Origin: Polyangiaceae bacterium
Lineage (GTDB): Bacteria; Myxococcota_A; Polyangia; Polyangiales; Polyangiaceae
Direction of reading: 5' to 3'
NCBI GenBank assembly: GCA_965222375.1
Contig: CBDCTZ010000015.1
Coordinates: 768,001-832,000, forward strand
DNA: 64,000 nt
Shown here in pieces: positions 19,037-27,713 of the stretch. How positions within the stretch are numbered: position 1 is the stretch's first letter; each line of letters starts with the position of its first letter. Under the pieces are notes generated by a model, which made no database searches, had not been told where the DNA came from, and saw only the letters and a program-made list of their open reading frames with translations. Made by a program: the position numbers and the translations under genes.

Positions 19037-19684
19037 TCAGGGGGACTTATTGCAGCTCTCAAGGCATGCGTTGTAGCCAGCGCAAGAGCCACCGCAGGTT
19101 TGTTGAAAGCAACCCAGAAAGGCCTGGTTCGTACCCAAACAATCGGAGCATTCCTGGTCTATGTTGCCGGTCCCAAGACAGAAGGCGCCACATGGGACCG
19201 GGCAGTGTTGTGGCTGACAAGCACAGCCGAAAGCAACCTGACGGGACTCTTGCCACCCGTCCGGGTGGTTGTTCTCACAGCAACCGTCACAGTTCGGCTC
19301 GCTGGCGCACTTGACAACCCCTGGAGCTCCACCAGATGAAGAGCTGTCGATGCCGCTCGCATCACCCGAATCGAAGCCGCCGATGCCCACGACACTGCCC
19401 CCCGAACCACCATCGCCACCGACGCCGGCGTCAGAGCAGGCGGCGAGGCAGCTATCGAAGGCCTTGGCTGCGGCGCACTCGCAGAAGTTCGTGCAGCCAG
19501 TGCAGCCCGAGCAATCTTTGCCTTTCGCACACAGACCGCCGCTCCCCGCTGCGGCGCCGGTGCCGGCGCCTGCGTCGCTGACAGCGTTGTCCTTCAGCGC
19601 GTCCAAGTCGTGGATCACGCTGCAGCCAACGGCTGCTGCGACGAGCAATCCACCGAGATCCCGAACCCAATCCACGTCGTTCAC
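19037..19684 (-). CDS. Cys-rich lipoprotein
   Basis: Lipobox AVGC; two Cys clusters (CxxCC, CACQ...C) separated by DAG/Gly linkers; start uncertain. Confidence 0.8.
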   Translation of the reverse strand: MNDVDWVRDLGGLLVAAAVGCSVIHDLDALKDNAVSDAGAGTGAAAGSGGLCAKGKDCSGCTGCTNFCECAAAKAFDSCLAACSDAGVGGDGGSGGSVVGIGGFDSGDASGIDSSSSGGAPGVVKCASEPNCDGCCENNHPDGWQESRQVAFGCACQPQHCPVPCGAFCLGTGNIDQECSDCLGTNQAFLGCFQQTCGGSCAGYNACLESCNKSP

Positions 19685-19824
19685 GACACCAGGTGAAGAA
19701 CGCCGTGTGACGGATTCAAAGCCCGAAAGCACTTGGCAAAGTGAGCTGAAAACGCAGTTACGCTGGCGGAAGCTCCCAAGGGCAGAACGGCTGGCAGCAC
19801 CTTGACTATCATGTGCACTCCTTA

Positions 19825-19977
19825 TTAGGGGCAATGCGCTCCAGCGCTACCGCCAACGCCACCGGCCGATATGCCGCCAGTGCCAGAGACAAGCCCCGGT
19901 GGTGGATCTTCCGAACCGCAGGCGGCGCACAGGCCCATTGCAGGGAACGCCAGACGGGAGCCAACTGGACGAAGCAC
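19825..19977 (-). CDS. 50-aa lipoprotein stub: signal peptide and Gly linker with no payload
   Basis: MLRPVGSRLAFPAMGLCAACGSEDPPPGLVSGTGGISAGGVGGSAGAHCP; GTG 14 nt after a sigma54 box. Confidence 0.6.
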   Translation of the reverse strand: MLRPVGSRLAFPAMGLCAACGSEDPPPGLVSGTGGISAGGVGGSAGAHCP

Positions 19978-19989
19978 GGCTTGGAGCGG

Positions 19990-20005
19990 AGCAATCGCCG
20001 TGCCG
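19990..20005 (-). promoter_or_regulatory. Putative sigma54 promoter
   Basis: CGGCACGGCGATTGCT, near-consensus. Confidence 0.75.
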
Positions 20006-20221
20006 GCTCCGGCACCCCCAGACTTGCTCGATCGAGCCGCGAGCACTGGTGCACGCAGGCCGCGATGTGCGGACTCCATGCACCAGGACGTCGGTTTCTG
20101 CAGCCCGGCCCCCGTGGTACTGCCTGGCAGATTATCTTCGGTCTGCCTGCCGAAGCTTGCCGACGCAAGACCGTACTACATCAAAGGGCGACCCCGCGCG
20201 TGGTCGAGGTGATGAGAACGC

Positions 20222-20327
20222 GCTACCAGCTCTTCGTTGTCCGGGCGCGGGGCCGCGGTCATCGCTCGCCTCGCGCGAATCGTGGTGGTTGGCGACGGCG
20301 GCACTACGACGCTCGCGACAAGCCGAG
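20222..20327 (+). repeat. Direct repeat A, copy 2
   Basis: gctaccagctcttcgttgtcc...acgctcgcgacaagccgag aligns to 18849-18955. Confidence 0.8.
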
Positions 20328-20370
20328 TGGCCCTACGGCGATAGTAGGAGCTGTTGCTGCCGCGCCTCCC

Positions 20371-22221
20371 TTAGAAAGCACAGGCCATTTCCTTCACACT
20401 TCCGCTGCCGTCATGTCCCGCAAGCTGCCATTCATTCCAAGTCAGTAGCCCGGAGGAACCGTCCCGCCAAAAAGCCGTGGCCGGCGCGACGATGTAGTCG
20501 TTGGCCAGGAATTGGTTGTTCCGGCTCGCCAAAGACGCGCCTAGACCACCCGAGGTGCCACTGCACATCTGGATGGTGTTGTTACTGACCGCGTTGTTCT
20601 TCATTGCGCCGGTTACGTCGACGTCATTCGCTGTGTTCTGACAGGTGACTTGCTGCATATTGCCGTGAGGACCCCAGCGTAAACGAATGCCTCCACTTCG
20701 ATTGTCGTGCACGGAGTTCTTGGAAAACGTGGCATCACTGCTGTTGTTGACCCAGATGCCCGACGCCTCCAAAGGCCCGAAATCCGGGGCCTTGATTGTG
20801 GCCAGGCCATTGTGATCGAACTCGCCGCCGGTCACCGTAGTGCCGCAGCTGATTTCGTCGAAATAGCCGGCTGCCTCGTTGTGATGGAAGCGGCCACCTG
20901 TCACAACCGCCCCCCGATTGTTGATATCCGTCCAGAACCCATAGCCGACGTTGTGATGACTGTGGAGGTTGATCACCCTGAGCCCTTCCGTCCGAATGAA
21001 CTTGGCAGCGCCTGCGTCCCAGTAGCCGGCACAGCTGCCATTCTTCATCACGCGGAAGTTCCCCAGGTTGTTCCAGCTCAGCTCAGAATCCTCTAGCACA
21101 AACCACGACGCGTCGGCGCCAGCGATACCGTACTTGCCATTCTGCGTAACCAATGTGCGCCGTACCCGCGCAGGCTTCGTTGGGGAACCTGGACCGGCGG
21201 TCAGCCCGTTGAGATGGGCGCCGCGAAGTGTGCAGTCTTCGATGGTCCAGCTCGTACCCATGATGACATTGCGCAGCTGCGCTTGCTCTACGGTCAAATT
21301 CTGCAGCGTCACGTCTTTCACCGCTACGCCGTTGGGCCTGCCGTTGATGATATGGCGCCCCACGGCGAGCTCCAATGTGTGGCCGGTGGGGTCGAGGCTG
21401 ATGTAGATCGTATCGTTGTCGTAGTCGAAGAAGAAGCGTCCAACCTCTACAGGCGTTTTCCGCTGCCCAACCGGTGGGGACTCAAGGCCACGAACCTGCG
21501 CTACACTTTCGACGCGGAGCATCCGCTGCCCATCGAAGAACACTTGATCGCTGTGTGAAGACCACGAGTAGCACAACGTCTGACCGCCGATGGTAACCTT
21601 CGGTCCCTCCTGTGCGGCAAGCGGTCCTGTGTAGCCCCAGACGCCACCGCCGGGGACTGGCTTCCACGACGGTAGCGGTTGGGCCCCGCTGATCCGCGCA
21701 TCGCCGACGCCCAGCCAACGCTGGCCGGACTTGGGCGTTAGCGGCTGAGCTACGCGGTGACGTCCGTAGACACACACCGTGGCACCCGCAGGTGCTTGGT
21801 CCACAAGCGCCTGCAGATCCACACCGGGCTTTGCGACGATCCCCTGCGGTGGACAGCTGTAGCATTCCTTGTTGGCGCCGGGGTCTGGGCTACACTCTCC
21901 GCCGCCTCCGCTGCCTCCGCTGCCTCCGCTGCCTCCGCTGCCTCCGCTGCCCGCCTTACCTGCGTTCCCACCTTGACCTCCCCCGGCGCTGCCGCCCGCC
22001 CCGCTGTAGCCGCCGGCCGCGGCTTCCCCGCCGGCGTCATGGTCCATGGACGGCGTTCCGGTCCCTCCGCTTGGTGGCGCGCACGCAACAATGACGCTAG
22101 TCACAGCTATCGCAAGGCTTCGTACGCTGGTGGGTCGTGTGACAGTCGGCACAGATCGCTCGCGATGCAAAGTGCGATCCATCGGTGAGGGTGACAGGCC
22201 CTGGTTCGGCTGCGTCAGCAT
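20371..22221 (-). CDS. Right-handed parallel beta-helix lipoprotein
   Basis: Lipobox IVAC, GGS linker, LQALVDQAPAGAT cap, HHNVGYGFWTD and HDNRSGGI repeats; start uncertain (22221 or 22182). Confidence 0.88.
   Translation of the reverse strand: MLTQPNQGLSPSPMDRTLHRERSVPTVTRPTSVRSLAIAVTSVIVACAPPSGGTGTPSMDHDAGGEAAAGGYSGAGGSAGGGQGGNAGKAGSGGSGGSGGSGGSGGGGECSPDPGANKECYSCPPQGIVAKPGVDLQALVDQAPAGATVCVYGRHRVAQPLTPKSGQRWLGVGDARISGAQPLPSWKPVPGGGVWGYTGPLAAQEGPKVTIGGQTLCYSWSSHSDQVFFDGQRMLRVESVAQVRGLESPPVGQRKTPVEVGRFFFDYDNDTIYISLDPTGHTLELAVGRHIINGRPNGVAVKDVTLQNLTVEQAQLRNVIMGTSWTIEDCTLRGAHLNGLTAGPGSPTKPARVRRTLVTQNGKYGIAGADASWFVLEDSELSWNNLGNFRVMKNGSCAGYWDAGAAKFIRTEGLRVINLHSHHNVGYGFWTDINNRGAVVTGGRFHHNEAAGYFDEISCGTTVTGGEFDHNGLATIKAPDFGPLEASGIWVNNSSDATFSKNSVHDNRSGGIRLRWGPHGNMQQVTCQNTANDVDVTGAMKNNAVSNNTIQMCSGTSGGLGASLASRNNQFLANDYIVAPATAFWRDGSSGLLTWNEWQLAGHDGSGSVKEMACAF
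21904..21948. repeat. Perfect 9-bp tandem repeat x5 encoding (GGS)n
   Basis: (gcctccgct)5. Confidence 0.95.
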
Positions 22222-22307
22222 GGCATATCGTTGGAATGCGCATCTCGGTAGTGGCGGCCGCTTCGCCAGGCACTGGACAACAGCCGAGGGCGTTGCTGCA
22301 CCCATGC

Positions 22308-22323
22308 AGCAACTGGCGCACCA
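22308..22323 (-). promoter_or_regulatory. Putative sigma54 promoter overlapped by an inverted repeat
   Basis: TGGTGCGCCAGTTGCT; gttgctgca-ccca-tgcagcaac at 22292-22313 covers the -12 box. Confidence 0.55.
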
Positions 22324-22606
22324 ACGTGGCATCAGCTTGCGTCTCGCAGCGCCGGCCTCAGGCGAGCCGTCTTATGGCGGGCATCGCCCGCGCTGCGCGG
22401 AGGCACGCCACGAGTCCTGACGCCAATCTCCAGTCAACCCCATGCTGGATTGAACCCAAGCGGTCGTCGCTGTGGAGCAGCTCGCAAAAAAGAGCGCCCG
22501 CGCACACCCACCCAAGTGGGACTCGTCAGGTCCGGTCGAGGACGCGAGTGCGGAAGCGATGTTTCGTCTCTGGCATCTAACACCGATTTCGCCTACCCTC
22601 CCGCGC

Positions 22607-22622
22607 TGGTATGCTTTCTGCT
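22607..22622 (+). promoter_or_regulatory. Putative sigma54 promoter
   Basis: TGGTATGCTTTCTGCT upstream of the esterase gene. Confidence 0.6.
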
Positions 22623-22669
22623 TGACGCGCTCATGCCGGGACGCAACAGCCCGCTCACAGGTGCCAGCC

Positions 22670-24091
22670 ATGACTCATGCAGCTTTCGAACCAAAACCCA
22701 ATGTCGATTCGCCCAGCAACATCGAGGAGCGTCCCGTGACCAGGCGCACCCAAGCAAGCCGGCTGGCCGGCCGCCGAAATGCACCTGTCTTGTTGGCTTT
22801 GAGCATGGCCCTCGCCTGCGGCAGTGAGAGTTCGGGCGGAGCCGGTCCGGGCTCGGCAGGGACGTCGGGCATGGGGGGGGCCGGCGGAGCTCTATCCAGC
22901 GTGTGCACGACACCGGCACCGAAGTGGCCCGACCCCGTGGAGCTTTCGCCGCTGGCTTGGGGTCAAGACCCGTCCCTCACGGACGAGGCGATCTGTGCGC
23001 TCCGAGCGCTGGACGCCGAAGTCGAGAAGTCCAGATTGCTCTGTTCTTCGGAAAATGACCATGGAGTGGCGGAGTCTTCGCGATGGCACGCGCTGATCGC
23101 AAGATATGCTGTGCTCCAGCAAGGAGTTCGCGTCATCGCTCTGGAGGCGCCCGGAGCGATGGTCTCCCACTGGGATCGCTATCTACAGACCGGCGATCCC
23201 TTCGACCTCTCCAAGGGGTTCCAGGACACTCAGGGTTCGCTGGGGAACATCGTCGAACAGGAGCGGTTCATCGACGAGCTTCGAGCGGTGAACGCGGAGT
23301 TGCCGGCAGGCGAGAGCCTTCGCTTGGTCGGCTTCGACATCGCTGTGCAGCCGTTTCTGACGCGTGCCGCCCTGCTCGAATTCGTTGGAATCGTGGAGCC
23401 GAATGAGCTCTCTTCCTGGACGACGTCGCTCACGACCAGCGATTGGCCCGCAGGCGCCAGCGCGGCCGCGGCTCTACATACTCAGGTCGAGGACAAGAAA
23501 GGCGCCTATGTGAGTGCCACGGATGCCGAGACCTGGAAGCTGGCAAGGCGCAATGCTGCGAACCTGCGAGACGGCTTCCGGTTCATCGAGCTCTACACAC
23601 AAGGCAACTTCTGGGTGGGCAATGCGACGTATCGCGAGCCTGGGATGATTCGCAACGTCGAGGAGCTGCTCGCAGACCTGCCAGAGGGGCAGCGCCTGCT
23701 GCTCATCGCGCACAACCGGCACTGTGGGCGCTCCGAGTCCGCCGGAACGACCGCATCGGGACAGGACTCACCCGCGCTCGGGACCCATCTCGCGACCTCG
23801 GCAAAGTGGGGAGGGGAGCGCTACTTGGTGATCGGGCAAATGTACGAGCGTGGGGCCCGCCGGGTGCCGCAAACGCTCGTCACTGAGAGTTTCCAGGCGG
23901 CTCCCGGCACACACGAGGCATTCATCGGCTCCATCACGAGCGCCAACGGGCTGCTGGTTGGCGGGGGCGCGGGATTTGGCGATCTGGACAAGCAGAAACC
24001 GATGTTCCAATGGCCCGGCGGCACGGTGCCCGAGCAGCAGTTCGACGCCATGATCTGGCTGCGCGAGGTTCAGGCCACGCAGATAAGGTAG
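22670..24091 (+). CDS. Erythromycin-esterase-family lipoprotein
   Basis: Lipobox ALAC; SENDHG, VIALEA, LVGFD, REPGMIRNV, AHNRH, LGTHL and QFDAMIW match the Ere motif order. Confidence 0.8.
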   Translation: MTHAAFEPKPNVDSPSNIEERPVTRRTQASRLAGRRNAPVLLALSMALACGSESSGGAGPGSAGTSGMGGAGGALSSVCTTPAPKWPDPVELSPLAWGQDPSLTDEAICALRALDAEVEKSRLLCSSENDHGVAESSRWHALIARYAVLQQGVRVIALEAPGAMVSHWDRYLQTGDPFDLSKGFQDTQGSLGNIVEQERFIDELRAVNAELPAGESLRLVGFDIAVQPFLTRAALLEFVGIVEPNELSSWTTSLTTSDWPAGASAAAALHTQVEDKKGAYVSATDAETWKLARRNAANLRDGFRFIELYTQGNFWVGNATYREPGMIRNVEELLADLPEGQRLLLIAHNRHCGRSESAGTTASGQDSPALGTHLATSAKWGGERYLVIGQMYERGARRVPQTLVTESFQAAPGTHEAFIGSITSANGLLVGGGAGFGDLDKQKPMFQWPGGTVPEQQFDAMIWLREVQATQIR

Positions 24092-24177
24092 CGGGCGCGT
24101 GTGCGGAAACTAACGTTGGGTGCGGCTTGGAGCGCATCAGAACGCGTTGGATCGCGGCATCGGCGGACGACAATGGC

Positions 24178-24193
24178 AGGCACGGAATTTGCT
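24178..24193 (+). promoter_or_regulatory. Putative sigma54 promoter
   Basis: AGGCACGGAATTTGCT; ATG at 24206 is 14 nt after the -12 C. Confidence 0.75.
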
Positions 24194-24205
24194 GGGGATC
24201 GGATC

Positions 24206-25312
24206 ATGGCGCCAATGCATCGTACACCGCTCTTGTTGATAGTCATTTCCTCGTTCTTGGCGGGTTGTTCCAGCTCAAGCCCTGACGCACTCGGTCAGCA
24301 TTCTCAGTCCATCATCTCTGGCAGTGCGGACACGGAATACTCAGGCGTGGTGGCTGCTGGCCACGCGGGCATGTTCTGTTCGGGATTCTTGATCACGCCT
24401 GATCTCGTGGTGACCGGCCACCACTGCGTCGTCGCCCCACAATCGTTACCGTCGACGGCATGTACGGCCGCGGCAGTGATGCCACCTCCGCTGCCAGCGG
24501 CCCAGCTTTTCGCAGTGACTGGGGCGGATATTTCGAAATCGCCCGGTTTCATCTACGCAAGCGACGTCCACGTAGTTCCGGATTTCGCGACCAAGACGTT
24601 GTGTGGCAATGATCTCGCCGTCATTCAGCTGGCAGATCCCGTGGCGAATGCAGCCACCCTCGAGCTCCGCTTGGATCCGCCTCCCGCCCTGGACGAAGTC
24701 CTGACGGTCGTCGGATACGGGTTTACTGATCCAACGAACACCAATTCCCAAGGCATCCGAACACGCTTCGACGGTGCGCGAGTGGACCACGTCGGCGCCG
24801 AGGAACTGGCAGGGCTACCCTACATGGTCGAAGGCGAGTTTTCCGTCGACACGGGACCCTGCGCCGGTGATTCCGGCGCACCCGCTATCGACTCCGAGGG
24901 CAAGGTCGTCGGAGTCATGTCTCGGGGCAATCAGAGCACCTGCAACCACATGGTCTACGAACGCTTGGACCCTCATGCGGAGTGGCTCAAGAAGCTCGCG
25001 CGCGCGAGCGCCGAGCGTCTCTCCATCGCGCCACCCAGCTGGGCCGCAGCGACCATAGCGCCCGATGCCGGTAGCTCCGCACCCGACGGTGGCGACGCTG
25101 GAACTCCATCGCCCCCAGCCAAGGGAACAACCAGTGACGATGGCTGCGCGATGGGCCCACTCAACACATCGTCCCGCAGTTCCTGGCACATGCTCGGCTG
25201 CTGGACCCTACTCGGCATCGTAGCACTCAGACGCAAAGGACGACTCGGGCGCGCGGTGCGCACCATGTGTTTGCCCTGCGCAACAAAGGGGCGCCGCCCC
25301 TCTCCGTCATAG
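24206..25312 (+). CDS. Trypsin-like S1 serine protease with lipobox and MYXO-CTERM-like tail
   Basis: LAGC lipobox; CSGFLI...TGHHC, NDLAVIQL and GDSGAP triad motifs; DDGCAM...TM...RRK. Confidence 0.93.
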   Translation: MAPMHRTPLLLIVISSFLAGCSSSSPDALGQHSQSIISGSADTEYSGVVAAGHAGMFCSGFLITPDLVVTGHHCVVAPQSLPSTACTAAAVMPPPLPAAQLFAVTGADISKSPGFIYASDVHVVPDFATKTLCGNDLAVIQLADPVANAATLELRLDPPPALDEVLTVVGYGFTDPTNTNSQGIRTRFDGARVDHVGAEELAGLPYMVEGEFSVDTGPCAGDSGAPAIDSEGKVVGVMSRGNQSTCNHMVYERLDPHAEWLKKLARASAERLSIAPPSWAAATIAPDAGSSAPDGGDAGTPSPPAKGTTSDDGCAMGPLNTSSRSSWHMLGCWTLLGIVALRRKGRLGRAVRTMCLPCATKGRRPSPS

Positions 25313-25346
25313 CGACTCGAGAGGTCATCGCAGCGGAGCGCGACTG

Positions 25347-26333
25347 CTAGAACCGCCCGCGCACGCCCACCCAACGGGGGCTCGTCACCAGAGCGACCTC
25401 CGAATCCTCGCGGTGGGTGAGAAAGATCGTCGCCCCCACACCCAACAACGCGACTCCCAGTCCCGCCGTCGCAAGCCCCGCGAACTTACGGCTGCGTGCC
25501 CCGTTGCCCCGGTCTACGAGTTCCGAAGTTGGACACGAATCGCCTGGGCACGCTCCTGCGACATCCTCTTCTTCGGCCCGACCATCCACAAACAGATATG
25601 AGCCGACACCGATGGCCACGACACCCGTGCCCGCCGCGGCCAAGCCAATGAGCCGCATGCGTTCGGAGGGATCTGCGCCGTCTGCCGCAGGCGGCGTGTG
25701 CCCTGCGCCTGACGAGGGCCGATTCGCCCTAGGACTGGCCAGCTGGAGCGATACTTCGCGAATCTGGCCGTCCTGAATCGGAAACCGCGCGCTCCCAAGA
25801 ATTACGCCATCGCGCAGGAAGCGCAGCCGGTGTTCGCCGGAATTCACCGGGAGGGGAGTACCCAGACTCTCCAAGGGCAGGACGATGCCGTCCAGAGTGA
25901 GCACGCCGCCCTTCGGCGCATTGTCGATTCGCACGACCACGCGTGCCAGTTTGGGTTCGATGGCCGCCAAGTGTGCTTTGGCGTATTCGAGGCGATCAGC
26001 ATCGCCGGCGCGCTTTGACTCATCACGCAGCTTCACGAAGCTCGCGTAGGCGCTAGCCATCTTGCCGAGTTTCTCTTGCGCCAAGGCAAGCGCCTGAAGG
26101 GTCCCGCGAGTCGGCTCGAGTTGGTAGCTTGGACGTAACTTCTTGATCGCCGCGGCGTACTTTCCCGCCTTGCCCAGATCCTTTCCTTCATCGAATAGGG
26201 CTTGTGCAACAGCAGAGCGATTGCTTCCAGCCGGGGGCGCCTCGTCTGCGCGGGAGGCGCCGGGGTACGCGAGAGAGAGGGCGAGGACAAGCCCGAGCCC
26301 AAGCGAGCCCTGTGAAACGCGGAGATGATTCAT
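25347..26333 (-). CDS. TPR + PEGA-like exported protein
   Basis: ATGA overlap with the upstream stop; AQALFDEGK TPR, LGTPLPVNSGEH PEGA-like segment, C-terminal hydrophobic hairpin ending GRF. Confidence 0.88.
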   Translation of the reverse strand: MNHLRVSQGSLGLGLVLALSLAYPGASRADEAPPAGSNRSAVAQALFDEGKDLGKAGKYAAAIKKLRPSYQLEPTRGTLQALALAQEKLGKMASAYASFVKLRDESKRAGDADRLEYAKAHLAAIEPKLARVVVRIDNAPKGGVLTLDGIVLPLESLGTPLPVNSGEHRLRFLRDGVILGSARFPIQDGQIREVSLQLASPRANRPSSGAGHTPPAADGADPSERMRLIGLAAAGTGVVAIGVGSYLFVDGRAEEEDVAGACPGDSCPTSELVDRGNGARSRKFAGLATAGLGVALLGVGATIFLTHREDSEVALVTSPRWVGVRGRF

Positions 26334-27673
26334 GGCAGGCAGCAGATGGTTGTAGGCGACGTCCCAGATACTTGCCCTGCAACCTGCTCGCTCGGGTTGC
26401 AGCTTCCGCCCTGAACCCCCGTCACGTTGTACTTGATGCCACGCAATGCGGGCTGGATGGCGATGCAGGCGAGCGACAATGACCATGGGTTTCCAGCCTT
26501 TGGGAGGGTGCAGGCATCGTCGGAAAACACGCTGAAGTCCCCGGTGCAAGCCTGCCCGGTTGCGTTGCCACACTTGCAGGTGCACTGACGGCCGTCGTTG
26601 AAGCCGTCGTAGACTAGGTTCTTCTGGGTGAAGGGGCTGGGGCAAATCTGAGAGCCGGTTCGAAAAACGCACGCCTTGGCCCCAAAGCCGGTCTTTGGCT
26701 TCGGCCAACACTGCTTGCTGCCCGTGCATCCGGCACCCAGCTTCACCCCGCAAGCCCGAGCGGCCGAACCGAAGCTCGGGGGGGTCGGCGTTGTTTTCGT
26801 GCCGCTCGGCGTGCACTTTCCACCCTGCACGCTCAATGTGGCCGGAACGACCGACCAGGGTGGATCGCCGTTGATCAGGGGCGGATTCGTGCATTTGTTG
26901 TTCACTGGTGTGAACATCTTGGTTCCGGCACTGCCGATGCAATCACCGTCATCGCGTGCCCGCGCCTGACCGATCGCACAGCTTCCGCCACTCGGTTTGC
27001 CGCACTTGCAGCCACAATCGATGCTGCCTGGTTTCAAACCAGCGCTTCCTGCAACCGCAGGGCTGACGCCTCCTTGACAACTGGGCTGAGGGTTGCCGGA
27101 CGGGCCTTGGTAGAACCACACGGGGCCGACCCAGTTCGTCGGCGCCGCCGGAACACAGGCGTGAGTCGTGCACTCCGAGTCCGCACAATCGACTAGCTTG
27201 TCCCCATCGTCGTCCTTGCCATTGTCGCAGATCTCACCACTGCCACCGCCAGTCCCTCCGCCACCGGCGGCTCCGCCGCTGCCAGCAACACTCCCTGTTC
27301 CAGAGGTGCCACCCGTTTGCACCACGCCCCCGGTGCCGCCCGTCTGCACCACGCCCCCGGTACCGCCCGTTTGCACCACGCCGCCCATCCCCCCGGACTC
27401 GCCTGCCCCACCTCCGGTGCCGCCACTGCCTGCGCCGCCGACTGAACAGTACGTCACATAGTCGCCGCAACAATCCCCCCTGTTGCTGCATTCGTCATCA
27501 CAGAAACACGTGGGCTTTCCCGGGACCGGACCCTGTTGGCCGCAAGCGAGTTCGCAAGTGGAGGACGCGGCGGCGTCGCCAGTTTCGTCCAAAGAAAACC
27601 GTGAGGCGCAGGACAGCACCGACAACGCTGCCATGGCTAACCAAGCTCTTCTCCAGGTTCGCACGCCGCTCAT
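26330..27673 (-). CDS. Cys-rich lipoprotein with somatomedin-B-like and acidic metal-binding motifs
   Basis: Lipobox VLSC; CFCDDECSNRGDCCGDYVTYC; repeated GGVVQTGGT linker; EICDNGKDDDGDKLVDCADSEC. Confidence 0.85.
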   Translation of the reverse strand: MSGVRTWRRAWLAMAALSVLSCASRFSLDETGDAAASSTCELACGQQGPVPGKPTCFCDDECSNRGDCCGDYVTYCSVGGAGSGGTGGGAGESGGMGGVVQTGGTGGVVQTGGTGGVVQTGGTSGTGSVAGSGGAAGGGGTGGGSGEICDNGKDDDGDKLVDCADSECTTHACVPAAPTNWVGPVWFYQGPSGNPQPSCQGGVSPAVAGSAGLKPGSIDCGCKCGKPSGGSCAIGQARARDDGDCIGSAGTKMFTPVNNKCTNPPLINGDPPWSVVPATLSVQGGKCTPSGTKTTPTPPSFGSAARACGVKLGAGCTGSKQCWPKPKTGFGAKACVFRTGSQICPSPFTQKNLVYDGFNDGRQCTCKCGNATGQACTGDFSVFSDDACTLPKAGNPWSLSLACIAIQPALRGIKYNVTGVQGGSCNPSEQVAGQVSGTSPTTICCLP

Positions 27674-27713
27674 CCAATCAAATAGAGTAGCATGATTCAC
27701 CCTGCAATCACCC

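Noticed and set aside
26334..26942. N-terminal extension of the 531-aa ORF
   Set aside because: Overlaps the upstream lipoprotein gene in another frame; the ATG at 26333 gives a signal peptide and ATGA coupling.
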